Assembly (NCBI RefSeq): GCF_018350175.1
Contig: NC_058368.1
Coordinates: forward strand, 84,260,001-84,324,000
Source of the DNA: Felis catus
Lineage: Eukaryota
Length of the DNA: 64,000 nt
Direction: 5' to 3'
Shown here: positions 25,921 through 38,004 of the stretch, piece by piece
Position numbering within the stretch: position 1 is the first letter of the stretch
How the letters are laid out: each line of letters opens with the position of its first letter
Translations under genes and position numbers: made by a program
Notes under the pieces: model-generated
What the model saw: the letters and a program-made list of their open reading frames with translations, nothing else
What the model was told of the DNA's origin: nothing
Databases searched by the model: none

Positions 25921-27604
25921 CTGAGGGAGGCAAGCTCTAAGAAAAAGTAAACAATTGTCAATCCCTTTCATTACAGCAGTTAGAAGTGGTGCTTATATCT
26001 CCATGCTGTCAAGCTTTGTGTAAAGCTGTGGGTGACTTCTCAGTGCACTAAAGGGATTAAATGTTTCATGAGAAGCTGATACATCAGGCTTTGATTCTAA
26101 TTCAATCCCTAGAGGTGTTTTGTTAATTTTATAGTTGGTGTTTATACAGTTGGGGAAGTATAATTTGGTAAACCTATGTGCAGATATTTAGAGGTGTTGA
26201 TTGTTTCTTATGTTAAAGAAGCTAATTATCCGATACATAAGATTAGTGACATGGGCATTAAATAGCATGTGTTGGGCCCCAGGCATTACAGAATTCTCTC
26301 CAATGAGGAACTCTAGGAGGTATGAAGTATGATACACAACTTTACTTTTTCCTTCTTGGGAAGAGAAAGAATCTAGGCAGAAGAGAACTTCCAGAATTCT
26401 GAGGGAAAGGGAGGCTTATCTGTGCCTAGTCCCATGCCAGGCAATGGCCAATGGCAGAGGAGAGAGCCCCAGAATGTGGATCATCCCTCCCTGGGGTGAG
26501 ACAGGGAGGTGGAGCACTGTTTTATTATTTCTCTAGGAAGAGCAAGTAGGGAGAGATTCACGGGTCCTGGGTGTTGCCCGTCCTCTGCACCCCTCACTCT
26601 AATCACCACATGTAAATTTCTCAAACATGAGTTCTTCCAAAGAACAGCAACCAAGGTGAAAAGACCTAGCAGTGACATGAGGGTGGAGAATATGGTAGAG
26701 AGATATGGGCAGCACTGGGTGGAGGGCAGCAAAGGCCACAGCCAGGCTGACTTCTGGTCCTAGCTGCAGTGATCCCAGACTAAAAATGCCTCTTCATCTC
26801 TCTATACCTGTATTTCTTTAATGAGTGGAAGTGAGGGGTGCCTCCTGCCCACCTCCCCCCCTTCATCTGTCCTCCATCTCCCACACTGAGGTCTGGTATG
26901 AGGAACCCCTGGATATTCTCTACCATGTTGTTAACCCTGGACTCAAGGCCTGACTAGATCACCCTCCAGTAATTTATGAGCACTCAGGAAAATGTTAGAA
27001 AGGCATTTCTCTCTACATTCAGACTCTGACTCACTATGTGGCTTGGTCTCATTCTCTCTGGACTTCAGACTCTATATAAAATGAGGTCATTGTCCCAATT
27101 ATCCTAACAGAGACACCATATGTTCATCAAGTTGTCTTGTGGACTGTAGAGAGCCATGCCTCTTCCAATTTCTGCTATGGGTTGGGGGGAGGCACGTGGA
27201 CAGGTTCTAAAATTTTACTCTTCATTTAGCACTCACTTAGAGAGCCCCAAGGATAAGGCTGCATAGGCTCTCATCTTAAGGGCCTGACAGTTTAAAAAAA
27301 GATTCAGACACATGAAAACTAATCATCATACAATATGTAGAAGTCCAGTTCCTTTTAGTTCTCCTAAAACTCTCAACACCTTCTGGTGTTATGTTGACCA
27401 AAACCCCTGGCTTCAACCTTCCAAATTGTCATTCCTAAGGGGCAATGGTCTATCCTCAGGAAGAGACCTCTTCATCCCCTGTGTGGATGGGGTCATCTTT
27501 ACCCAGGTACTAGTTCTAATTCTAACAGATCGTTTTTGAGATTCATCACCCCAAACCACCATATCTTTACATCTACATCCTGTAGATCTATCATCTACAG
27601 CCTG

Positions 27605-27703
27605 TTTCTTAATAGATCCATTTTGTGCTCTTTTCCTGTTCTGAAACAAGCTCTTTTTCCTAAAAAACACATTTCCCAGGATCTTTTTCCCGCTGGTTTC
27701 CAA
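27605..27703 (-). pseudogene. Exon relic: (I)GNQREKDPGKCVF*EKELVSEQEKSTKWIY (donor not defined)
   Basis: AG at 27704-27705; phase 1 matches the preceding exon across an 84-bp intron. Confidence 0.5.
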
Positions 27704-27787
27704 CTAGGTTTGGCCAGTAGAAGGCTCCAGTGGGATATTAGAAGTTGGACGAAGGGAAATCCAGATTAATTCCTTCTCTGTCTTTAC

Positions 27788-27872
27788 TGAAGCTGGTGTC
27801 TTCAGCTGTGACTACATCTCATTATAGAAAACCCGAAATATCATGTCCTTCTTCCACACATAGTCCAGAGTA
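27788..27872 (-). pseudogene. Exon relic: YSGLCVEEGHDISGFL**DVVTAEDTSF
   Basis: Acceptor tttccagtAG, donor GTAAAG, 85 nt, phase 0 to 1; GHD motif. Confidence 0.55.
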
Positions 27873-28084
27873 CTACTGGAAACATTATGAAAAATACACA
27901 GATTTCCTCAGATCCACAAAGTTGTGAAGCCAACCCCTCTAAAGAAGAGGAGCCTCCAGAACCCATACCTATGGAGGGGTGAGCTAAGATTCAACATTAA
28001 TATTTCTGACTCCAAACCACCCCACAGACCACAGCTACACTCTTCCTCTACCACAGGTCCCACTCCTGCACACTTTGGGCAGAC

Positions 28085-28170
28085 CTGGCTTGGGTCCCCG
28101 GAATATACTACAGTGATCCTGACACACACATTGTCCACCTTTGGTGAAGGTATCAGGCCATTCCGGAGAT
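28085..28170 (-). pseudogene. Exon relic: DLRNGLIPSPKVDNVCVRITVVYSGDPSQ
   Basis: Acceptor gctttccaAG, donor CAG|GTCTGC, 86 nt, phase 1 to 0, no stop. Confidence 0.6.
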
Positions 28171-28278
28171 CTTGGAAAGCACATCAGGTTCCCCGCAACT
28201 CCTCCTTCTCTTCCCATTTTCATTTGGGTGTGATCTGCTTACAGTGAAGGCTAAGAGCAGGCAGAGAAGCAGGCTAAC

Positions 28279-28377
28279 CATCAGTAGCATTTCCCTGTAC
28301 ATTTATAATGGAGTTGCTGTGTGAAAATCAGGACCCCAGCAAATGAAAGGAATTCCAGAGAATTCTTGGCAACAAGC
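28279..28377 (-). pseudogene. Exon relic: (C)LLPRILWNSFHLLGS*FSHSNSIINVQGNATD
   Basis: Acceptor ccttgttgcAG, donor GTTAGC, 99 nt, phase 1 to 1. Confidence 0.6.
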
Positions 28378-28526
28378 CTGCAACAAGGTTATGTATGGAA
28401 CCCTGGTTGAAATGCTTCTTCCACAGTGGGAGGCATGGCCAGAGGCAAGGAGGATGGGGATAGGGTTGCTCTCAGCTGAATTTTAACATGTATAACCTAG
28501 AAAAAATTAATATTATGCAAACATAC

Positions 28527-28641
28527 ACATCCAGCCCAGAAAATCAGACTTCTCCTAGGGAAGCCCCTCTCAAACATGGTGTTTTGATCAGATTTCTAAT
28601 AAGCTGTGAGGTTTTCCAAAGCAAGCTTTAATAAATAATAA
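28527..28641 (-). pseudogene. Exon relic: LLFIKACFGKPHSLLEI*SKHHV*EGLP*EKSDFLGWM
   Basis: Acceptor tctttggttcttcAG, donor GTATGT, 115 nt, phase 0 to 1. Confidence 0.6.
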
Positions 28642-29222
28642 CTGAAGAACCAAAGATAAAGAACCCCCCACTGAAGAGGATTCAAGGTTGTCTCCATCCC
28701 AAACCTCTCTCTCCTGAGTGCCATTTCTGTATCTCTGTCTCCACCAGGGGATATTGATGGGGAAGTGAAACTCAATACCATTCCAGCTAAACTTAACCCC
28801 TCCCCTACTTTATTTCTCAAACCTTCTTATACTCCTATTCTCCCTCCCATTATTGGTAATGGTACCAAAATCCAGCCAGTCAACCATGCCAGAAACCAGG
28901 AACTCACCTTAAATTGTTCTCTCTCCTATTAATCTAATCCTTCCTGCATCTTAATTGGGGCATACACAGCCCTAAGCTAGGTCACTAGCTAGGTCCACAG
29001 TTTTAATTTCTGTTGATGTTGATCTCTTTATGAGAGAAAAAGATCAAAGAGGTTCCTTTCCAGAGTCAAAGAGGGCCAGTGAATATCTGTCCTTCTCTTC
29101 TAGGCTTCCATACTCATTCTGTGACAGGTTCATGCATTCTTTCTGCCTCCCTCTTGGCCCCACATTTCTGGCATGAGCCCAGATTTAGTTGAGCAGCAAC
29201 AACCCCAATGCTGGTTAGTTAC

Positions 29223-29265
29223 TCCCCTCGAGTCTCCATCACAGAAGAGTAGGTACCCATGTAAC
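29223..29265 (-). pseudogene. Exon relic: (M)LHGYLLFCDGDSRG; may originally extend towards about 29114
   Basis: Acceptor cttacctggcAG, donor GTAACT, 43 nt, phase 2 to 0. Confidence 0.5.
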
Positions 29266-29477
29266 CTGCCAGGTAAGTTAGGGTGAGGAAAGCAGTGTCC
29301 ACAGTGAATATCTGCTGTGTGCTAACCAGGTGAGTTGATTTCATGCACCCATCAATGAAAGAAGGCTAAGCCATAAGAGATGTCCTTGTGGAATCAAACA
29401 GCCTCTCTCTGGAAGCTCCAGCTTGAGTTTCCCATAGCCAGCACCCAAGTAAGGTCCTCTGCCCTGGCTGCACTTAC

Positions 29478-29781
29478 ATGGGATCCCATACCAGGGAAGC
29501 TTTTCACCCTATCTCTTCCACCAAAACTGTTTCTGGGAACAATTTGAGAGCAGTTTGAGATCTAAATTCACACAACTCTGAATTGGAGCCACTGAGTTCC
29601 TGGTTCCAATGTATTGTACATATTCAACGTGAGGTTTTATCTGTCACGGTGGACTTCCAGCTTGGGGGTTTCCAAGATGATAGGGCTTGTCTTTCTTGCC
29701 TCCAGAAGAGACTGATCCAGGCCAGCACATAGAAGTACTCTGTGAGGTGGACACATCATAGATGCATCGGTCAGCCCAAGC
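29478..29781 (-). pseudogene. Exon relic, 304 nt: GLG*PMHL*CVHLTEYFYVLAW...R*ICTIHWNQELSG...LKLFPETVLVEEIG*KASLVWDP
   Basis: Acceptor ctgtctttcaAG, donor GTAAGT, phase 1 to 2; all four stops are TGA. Confidence 0.68.
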
Positions 29782-29890
29782 CTTGAAAGACAGAGAGTCC
29801 CCATTCTTGGCCTCACTCCCTGACCATGCCTGAGACACACTCCTTCTCCCTTCCAGGCAGCAGCACCCAGCAGCACTGTGCAGGGAGAAC

Positions 29891-29956
29891 CTTGCCCTTT
29901 GTAGATGGCTTGTTCAGAGCAAAGAGACACCACATGTCTACCAAAGTACTTGTCAA
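29891..29956 (-). pseudogene. Exon relic: (V)DKYFGRHVVSLCSEQAIYKGQ(G)
   Basis: Acceptor ctctctatAG, donor AAG|GTTCTC, 66 nt, phase 1 to 1, no stop. Confidence 0.65.
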
Positions 29957-30999
29957 CTATAGAGAGCCAGAGATATGGAAGCAGAAGGAACAGTGTAGCA
30001 AACATCCTGGATGGTGATGATAGGAAAGGACTGCCATTGTTGAGTGGATGGAAAAGCTTCCTGAAATGATAAATGCACAAACATCAGTGCTCATGTTACT
30101 TGAATCTGCCAATGTGCCTGTTTCTAATGCTTTCTCATTTGACTCTCAGAACTACAATGTCCATGCTTCATGGACAGCAGCATAGGGAGGAGGCTGACTG
30201 AGGAGCACTCATTGTGTTGCCCAGTGCTGACATTTAATGTCTTTTCTGAACTTTTATTTCCTTGTCTGAAAATAGAAGAATATTAGCATCTGCCCAAAAG
30301 TAGCATCTTAATTTCCTCTGTGTCTAGTAGCCTGTGGAAAAACAAGAGCCTAGCCTAATAATTCATAACTCACTCAGACCCAAAGCCTGCTACTAACAGA
30401 TACTGTGCAATACTCCATTACTATATGGAAATTCAACTTATGAATAAATTCACCCACCTACAAACTTTTTCAGTAGATCAATGCCATGAAACTTTATATA
30501 ATGGACCACCAATAGAAAGGTCATTTATAGTAAGAGTGTTTCAATGTGGAAATGTTTGAGCACAACTAGAGTAGAAGATACAACAAAGACGTCAGATGAC
30601 TGGATTTAAGAGAATGGATTTGGGACAGATATTATATTTTGACATTTTAACATAAGAGAAAAATATTCATAGTTGTAAATATAAATAGAGTGATAAGGAA
30701 TTCCAGAGCAACAGTCTGACTGGGGCATGTGTGTGTGGTGTTTTGGACTCTCAAATTGCCATGAATGCTATTACTATGGATGATGGAATTTTCCAAAGCA
30801 AATTGCTCTCAGTAAAGTTCTAAGCAAAAAGTTTAGGCCTCTTTACATGATAATTGCATGCTTGGAAAATACAGTACAAAAACTATGTCCCCAAATGCTT
30901 TGTATTTATATATAAAAGTGAGTTATATACTAGGTAACAGTAACTATAAGTTTCTGACTAACATGATTGTCCTCCTGGATATTCTAGAGTCACAAGAAA

Positions 31000-31432
31000 T
31001 CTGGGACAAAACTGTCCCCAAATGTGCAATTAGACTGTCCCCAAATGTGCAATATGTCCAGCATCCCTATTGCCCATTAAATGTCATGTATTATAGGGGC
31101 GCCTGGGTAGCTCAGTCAGTTGAGTGACCAACTTCGGCTCAGGTCATGATTTCACAGTTTGTGAGTTCGAGCCCCATGTCAGGCTCTGTCCAGACAGCTC
31201 AGAGCCTGGACCCTGCTTCTGATTCTGTGTCTCCCTCTCTCTCTGACCCCTCCCCCCCCCCACTCATGCTCTGTCTCAGAAATAAATATACATTAAAAAT
31301 TTTTTTTAAATAAATAAAAATAAATGTCATGTATTACCACCACCACAAATAATAATTGTAACAATTCAAAACACCTCTATAAATCTTCAAAACACTCCTT
31401 AGGAGATAGTACCTTCCTATTTAGAATCACTG
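31000..31432 (+). mobile_element. Possible hAT (MER20-like) relic split by a SINE
   Basis: CAGCATCCCT...TAAATG and terminal TTAGAATCACTG resemble the MER20 3' half. Confidence 0.4.
31096..31320 (+). mobile_element. Can-SINE
   Basis: 16-bp TSD TAAATGTCATGTATTA at 31078-31093 and 31321-31336. Confidence 0.95.
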
Positions 31433-31831
31433 ACCTACCACTAAGAGCTTTGTTAATGAAAAGATAAATACTGATTGAAATAACAAGAAAGCAGCTATCA
31501 GCCCTGATTGGTGGGTAAGAAGAGCATCAATATCACAGATCCTCAAAAGGATATGTGAATAATTACATAAGCATTTTTTTTTTCCTGAGTATATCAGTCA
31601 CTTGAATTAAGTTATGCTACAGTAACAAACAACCCCTAACTCTCAGTAGCCTAACACTACAAATGTTAATTTCTCCCTCATGTTTCATGTCTGGAATGCA
31701 TTGATAGAAGTACTCTGCTCATCTTTACAATGCAGCAATCCAGTCTGACAGAGGTTTCATCTTAATATTACACAGCCGTCTAATAAAAAAAAAAAGAAAG
31801 AAATAAAGAAAAGAAAAGAAAAAAAGAAAAA

Positions 31832-32026
31832 GGGGGGCGCCTGGATGGCTCAGTCGGTTGAGCATTGGATTGTGGCTCAGGTCATGATCTCATGGGTTCG
31901 TAAGTTCAGCCCGCATGGGGCTCTGTGCTGACAGCTCAGAGCCTGGAGCCTGCTTCTGATTCTGTGTCTCCCTCTCTCAATCTCTCTGTCCCTCCTCCAC
32001 ACACACTCTGTCTTTCTTTGCCTCTC

Positions 32027-32057
<31 letters not shown>

Positions 32058-32065
32058 CAAAACAC
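31832..32065 (+). mobile_element. Can-SINE with (CAAAA)n tail
   Basis: GGGGGCGCCTGGATGGCTCAGTCGG head. Confidence 0.93.
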
Positions 32066-32081
32066 ATTACACAGCCCCGTC

Positions 32082-33377
32082 GCTGGTGCGATTCCGTCCT
32101 GCGCGGCTGTTCTGTGGAACAGTAGTCGTTTCTCTCTGTCTGCCTTATCTCCCACCTAAGTGCATGCCACCACCTCGTGGAAGATTCGATGGACATGAAC
32201 ATGAGCCCCCTGAGGCCCCAGAACTATCTTTTCGGTTGTGAACTAAAGGCTGACAAAGATTATCACTTTAAAGTGGCTAATGATGAAAACAAGCACCAGT
32301 TATCTTTAAGAACGGTCAGTTTAGGGGCTGGTGCAAAGGATGAATTGCACATTGTTGAAGCAGAGGCAATGAATTATGAAGGCAGTCCAATTAAAGTCAC
32401 ACTGGCAACTTTGAAAATGTACAGCCAATGGTTTTCCTTAGGGGCTTTGAAATAACACCACCTGTGGTCTTACGGTTGAAATGAGGTTCAGGGCCTGTGT
32501 ACATTAGTGGACAGCACTTAGTAGCTGTGGAGGAAGATGGATGCAGTCAGGAGATGAAGAGGAAGAGGATGTGAAACTCCTTAGCATATCTGGAAAGCAT
32601 TCTGCCCCTGGAAGTGGTAGCAAGATTCCACAGAGAAAAAGTAAAACGTGCTGCTGATGAAGATGATGATGAAGATGAGGATGACCATGATGATGATGAA
32701 AATGATGACAAAGATGATTTTGATTATGAGGAAGCTGAAGAAAAGTCTCCAGTAAAGAAATCTATATGAGATACTCTAGACAAAAATGCACAAAAATCTA
32801 ACCAGAATGGAAAAGACTCAAAACCATCAACACCAAGATCAAAAGGTCAAGAATCTTTCAAAAAACAGGAAAAGACTCCCAAAACACTGAAAGGACCTAG
32901 CTCTGTAGAAGACACTAAAGCAAAAATGCAAGCAAGTATAGAAAAAGGTGGTTCTCTTCCCAAAGTGGAAGCCAAGTTCATCAATTATGTGAAGAATTGC
33001 TTCTGAATGACTGACCAAGAGGCTATTCAAGATCTCAGGCAGTGGAGGAAGTCTCTTTAAGAAAATAGTTAAACAGTTTGTTAAAATTTTCCATCTTATT
33101 TCATTTCTGTAACAGTTGATATCTGGCTGTCCTTTTTATAATGCAGAATGAGAACTTTCCCTACCGTGTCTGATAAATGTTGTCCAGGTTCCATTGCCAA
33201 GAATGTGTTGTCCAAAATGTGTTTAGTTTTTAAAGATGGAGCTCACCCTTTGCTTGGTTTTAAGTATGTATGGAATGCTATGATAGGACATAGTAGTAGT
33301 GGTGGTCAGACAAATGGAAATGGTGGGAAGACAAAAATATACATGTGAAATAAACTCAGTATTTTAATTAAAAAAAA
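32082..33377 (+). pseudogene. NPM1: Nucleophosmin processed pseudogene (full-length retrocopy)
   Basis: [33 protein letters not shown]...; intronless with 5'UTR; CDS 32177-33060 with GTG start, 4-bp deletion near 32420 and in-frame TGAs; acidic tracts; C-terminal QWRKSL*; AATAAA at about 33349, A-tail and TSD. Confidence 0.97.
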
Positions 33378-33554
33378 TTGCACAGCTGTCATAAGAAGTG
33401 GGTATGAGAACCTTTGGTTTCTAAAGCTTTCACCTTCATGCGACAAATGTCACTTTTGACCAAGGCAATCATCATGGTCAGAGTGGGGAAGGGCAATCCA
33501 ACATATACCCAGGAGGGCCAGAAACAGAGATATTAAATAGTGGCTCCACAGAGT

Positions 33555-33750
33555 ACAATACCGGGCTTTGGGAATCGGAAGAACCTGAATTTAAACTCCA
33601 TCTTGACTTGCTAACTGTGCAATATGTGACATTACTTGGCGCTTCCAAACCTCAGTTTCTTTATCATTAATAGTAATAATAATAGTCCCACCTGTGACTT
33701 GTTGATCATTTACTTTGTGCCAGACATGGTACAAAATGTTTCACATTTCA
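33555..33750. mobile_element. MIR fragments (both orientations)
   Basis: CCTCAGTTTCTTTATC...AATAATAGT and CATTTACTTTGTGCCAGAC. Confidence 0.6.
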
Positions 33751-34574
33751 CTGGATTGACAGAAGAGCTTCAAGGCAGATGCTATTATGAGAGAAATAGT
33801 ATCTTTCTTGTGGTAATGTTATGAGAAGAGAATGAGGTAAGCGTATATAAATTGTAGTTGGTGATCTAGAAACTGCATTTGGGTCCAGCTCTGTGAAATG
33901 TACTGTAGGGAGTATGGAAGAAGCAGAGTATTAGGGGGCTCAAAAAAAGAAGTGGGAGACATAGATGTAACATTCAAAAAGGTTATAGATGATTGGGAAG
34001 ATGAAACATGAATGTGTGAACCAGAAAACTATGAGACACACTCCTTGCAATGGAAAAGTAGAATTCCTCTAAAGCATCATTAACAGGCTTTGAGGAAGCA
34101 GAGAATAAAGAAGAGGAAACATCAACCTGGGGGAAAGTAAGTCAAGATATAACTAGAAACAGGTAGAACTTCTGGAGTCATGTGCTGGTGAGGGCATGGA
34201 GAAAAGTTACCACTAGTATTTTACTTTGTTCTCTGAAATCTATGCATACACCACTAGTCATTTCCCTGATGGATCTGAGGTAATCAGCTCCAGCTGACAC
34301 CGACATCAGCACTTGCCTGATCCAATCTCCTTTTTTTTTTTTTCAGATGAGGAACCTGAGGCTCAGAGAAAATGCAACTTGGCTAAAGTTGAATGAGGGC
34401 TTATCTGTGTCTCCTAAGTCTCTCTAATGACTATTGCTCCCTCCACCAACTGCCCTCAACATCAGGAGAACAACAGAGAACTAACTCTACCTGCTGCTGC
34501 CCCATCTCCCAGTTCTTAGAGGAATAGCCAAGGACTTGCTCCTGAATCAAAGAAAGGTCTTGGAAAAGGTATTA

Positions 34575-35050
34575 ATATTTCCAGAGATTTACTGACACTC
34601 CATTGGGGTAGATTATACTTCCCTGTCTCACTGACAGTAGGCTTGGTCATATGACTTTCTTTGAATTATGAAATGTGAGCAGAAATATGTGTTCTACTTT
34701 TCACCAGAAGCTAGTGTGTGGTTAGTATGTGATTATCCTCTCTCTCCCTCTCTCTTTCTCTCTCCATTTTTTTATTGTGATACAATACATGTAAACATTT
34801 ATTACCTTTACCATTTTTAATTATACAATTCAGTGGTGCTAATCTCTAGTCTCTCTTTTCTCTCCACCATGACAACCAGCAATTGTTCACATAGCATCTT
34901 CTCCATCATCCTGTGTCCCAGGTTAATACGATTTGGAAAATATACACTGCTGACTCAGATAATATGAGCAAGAAATAAATCTTTAACATTGTAGCTTCTG
35001 GCACCTTGGGGTCACTTGTTATATAAGTATATAACTTCTCCTGGATGATA
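34575..35050 (+). mobile_element. MaLR (MLT1-like) LTR with a short inverted L1 3' end inside (about 34765-34840)
   Basis: GGCTTGGTCATATGACTTTCTTTG...GAAATGTGAGCAGAA and GAGCAAGAAATAAA...TTGTTA hallmarks. Confidence 0.7.
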
Positions 35051-35180
35051 CTCAAAACAATACATGGCTATCATCTTCAACTTGCTGTCCACACTGCTGG
35101 CTATACACCATGAAGCTTCCATGCAATAGCACCTGACTCGAATAGAAATAGAAGAAAGTGTTTTTACCTTCTAAAACCTC

Positions 35181-37326
35181 ATACCTAAACATCATAGAAG
35201 CCATTTATGAAAAACACACAGCTAACATCATCCTCAATGGGGAAAAACTGAGAGCTTTTCCCCTGAGATCAGGAACATGACAGGGATGTCCACTCTCACC
35301 ACTGTTGTTTAACATAGGGTTGGAAGTAATAGTGTCAGCAATCAGACAACTAAATGAAAAAAAAGGCATCAAAATTGGCAAAGATGAAATCAAACTTTCA
35401 CTTTTCACACACGACATAATACTCTACATGGAAAACCCAAGAGACTCCACCAAAAGACTGCTAGTCGGAGGATACAAAATTAATGTACAAAATTAATGTA
35501 CAGAAATCAGTTGCGTTTTTATACAACAATAATGAAGCAACAGAATGAGAAATAAAGACACTGATCCCATTCACAATTACACCAAGAACCATAAAATACC
35601 TAGGAATGAACTTAACCAAAGATGTAAAAGATCTGTATGCTGAAAACTATAGAAAGCTTTATGAAGGAAATAGAAGATACAAAGAAAACGGGGGGGAGGG
35701 GGGAAACACTCCATGCTTATTGAATGGAAGAATAAATATTGTTAAAATGTCGATACTACCCAAAGCAATTTACACATTCAGTGCACCAGCATTCTTCTCA
35801 AAGCTAGAATAAACAATCCTGAAATTTGTATGGAACAACAAAAGACCTCAAATAGCCAAAGGAATATTGAAGAAGAAGACCAAAGTGGGAGGTATCACAA
35901 TCCCAGACTTTAGCCTCTACTACAAAGCTGTAATCATCAAGACAGCATGGTATCGGCACAAAAACAGACACATAGACCAATGGAATAGAATAGAGACTCC
36001 AGAATTGGACCCACAAATGTATGGCCAACTAATCTTTGACAAAGCAGGAAAGAATATCCAATGGAAAAAAGACAGTCTTTTTAACAAATGGTGCTGGGAG
36101 AACTTGACAGCAACATGCAGAAGGTTGAAACTAGACCACTTTATTACACCCTTCACAAAAATAAACTCAAAATGGATAAAGGACCTGAATGTGAGACAGG
36201 AAACCATCAAAACCCTAGAGGAGAAAGCAGGAAAAGACCTCTCTGACCTCAGCCACAGCAATTTCTTATTTAACACATCTCCAAAGGCAAGGGAATTAAA
36301 AGCAAAAATGAACTATTGGGACCTTATGAAGATAAAAAGCTTCTGCACAGCAAAGGAAACAATCAACAAAATTAAAAGGCAACCAACAGAATTGGAAAAC
36401 ATATTTACAAATGACATATCAGACAAAGGGCTAGTATCCAAAATCTATAAGGAACTCACCAAACTCCACACCCAAAAAACAAATAATCCAGTGAAGAAAT
36501 GGGCAGAAGACATGAATATACACTTCTCCAAAGACACATCCAGATGGCCAACAGGTACATGAAAAGATGCTCAACGTCACTCCTCATCAGGGAAATACAA
36601 ATCAAAACCACACTGAAATATCACCGCACGCCAGTCAGAGTGGCTAAAATGAACAAATCAAGAGACTATAGATGCTGGAGAGGATGTGGAGAAACAGGAA
36701 CCCTCTTGCACTGTTGGTGGGAATGCAAACTGGTGCAGCCACTCTGGGAAACAGTGTGGGGGTTCCTCAAAAACTTAAAAATAGATCTACCCTATGACCC
36801 AGCAATAGCACTGTTAGGATTTTCCCCAAGGGATGCAGGAGTGCTGATGCATAGGGGCACTTGTACCCCAATGTTTATAGCAGCACTTTCAACAATAGCA
36901 AAATTATGGGAAGAGCCTAAATGTCCATCAACTGACAAAGAAGTTGTGGTTTATATACACAATGGAATACTACTTGGCAATGAGAAAGAATGAAATCTGG
37001 CCATTTGTAGCAACGTGGATGGAAGTAGAAGGTATTACGCTAAGTGAAATAAGTCAGTCAGAGAAAGACAGATACCATTTGTTTTTGCTCATATGTGCAT
37101 CTTGAGAAATGTAACTGAAGACCATGGAGGAGGGGAAGGGGGGGGGGAAGTTACACAGAGGGAGGGAAGCAAACCATAAGAGATTCTTAAGGACTGTGAA
37201 CAAACTAAGGGTAGATAGGGGTGGGGAGAGGGGAAAGTGGGTGATGGGAAGGGAGAAGGGCACTTGTTGGGATGAGCACTGGGTGTTGTATGGAAATGAA
37301 TTTGACAATAAATTATATTTAAAAAA
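35181..37326 (+). mobile_element. 5'-truncated felid LINE-1
   Basis: ORF2 RT to C-terminal fragments (35867-36562, 36499-36993) and 3'UTR. Confidence 0.95.
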
Positions 37327-37678
37327 TGTAAGGTGCAGACTAGGAACAAAAATATTTGAAGAGGAAGGGCAATGTGTATAACTGAACATGTTCTTCCATT
37401 GGCATGGGGCATGTTCAAATGGCCTGATCATCCAGGTTGTTGAGGAAGGATTTTCCTCAGAACTGAGTCTTTAAAACAGGATGTCACAGCCAATTTTACC
37501 AGTCTGAAGAGAAATGTAGAGAGAAGAGAATTATGGCAAAATAGAAGGAAGTTTCTTAATCAGTGACTATCATTTCAGGCAAGGAATTTTATTGCTATCT
37601 ACCTTTGATAACATGTGGGTATGCAGAGACCAAAGAGATGTGATGGTGTCAAGTTGTCCAGCCCCAGACTGGGACCAC

Positions 37679-37784
37679 CTGCCACTTGAACAATATCTGG
37701 TAGCCTGTCACGCAAGAGAACTGGTTCTTCGAGTGACCAAGCCCTCTGCCCCAGATGGTGTTTGCACTTCTTTCAAGGTCATAC
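37679..37784 (-). pseudogene. Exon relic: V*P*KKCKHHLGQRAWSLEEPVLLRDRLPDIVQVA
   Basis: Acceptor gacacAG, donor CAG|GTGGTC, 106 nt, phase 0 to 1, matching exon 29891-29956 across a 7.7-kb intron; both stops are TGA. Confidence 0.62.
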
Positions 37785-37864
37785 CTGTGTCATGCAAAGG
37801 TGGAGGAGGAAATAAAGGCTCCATAAACACACTCAATCCCTCTTTATGGCCCCCACTTATATAC

Positions 37865-38004
37865 ATGCCAGATGTTCAACTCATAAAAATCCCATTCTTC
37901 CTGGACATATAAAATGAGTTGGGTCAAAGTTTGAGGAGGCAGACAAGGGTCTGGAGGTGATAGAGTTTGGTTGAGCACAGGTTTTGGCCATGGTGGAGCC
38001 CACC
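37865..38004 (-). pseudogene. Exon relic: GWAPPWPKPVL...LTQLILYVQEEWDFYELNIWH
   Basis: Acceptor gtctttctccAG, donor GTATAT, 140 nt, open in phase 1 to 0. Confidence 0.55.

Larger units (their letters stand above)
31590..33540 (-). mobile_element. MaLR (MLT1-like) LTR split by the SINE plus NPM1 insertion
   Basis: GTTATGCTACAGTAACAAACAACCCCTAACTCTCAGTAGCCTAA at about 31610; LTR-like sequence resumes after 33390. Confidence 0.6.

Noticed and set aside
26610..26665. Possible further exon GLFTLVAVLWKNSCLRNLH
   Set aside because: Position fits the gap in the relic gene, but splice sites are weak and similarity is too slight to call.
28530..28641. Alternative frame YYLLKLALENLTAY*KSDQNTM resembling a RhoGAP C-terminal motif or an OAS/cGAS/DZF helical domain
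   Set aside because: Needs a frameshift in the upstream exon and a weaker donor. The phase-0 frame uses a GTATGT donor, chains with both neighbours and fits the malate synthase pattern.
29104..29335. Plus-strand donors CAG|GTAAGT (about 29272) and CAG|GTGAGT (about 29329)
   Set aside because: All three plus frames upstream are closed and I found no partner exons; a non-coding antisense transcript cannot be excluded.
29637..30080. 147-aa ORF as a single-exon gene
   Set aside because: It runs through a splice acceptor, a 66-nt exon, an intron and then an off-frame part of the next exon.
32177..33060. Functional NPM1 retrogene
   Set aside because: Start codon is GTG, frameshift near 32420 and several in-frame stops.
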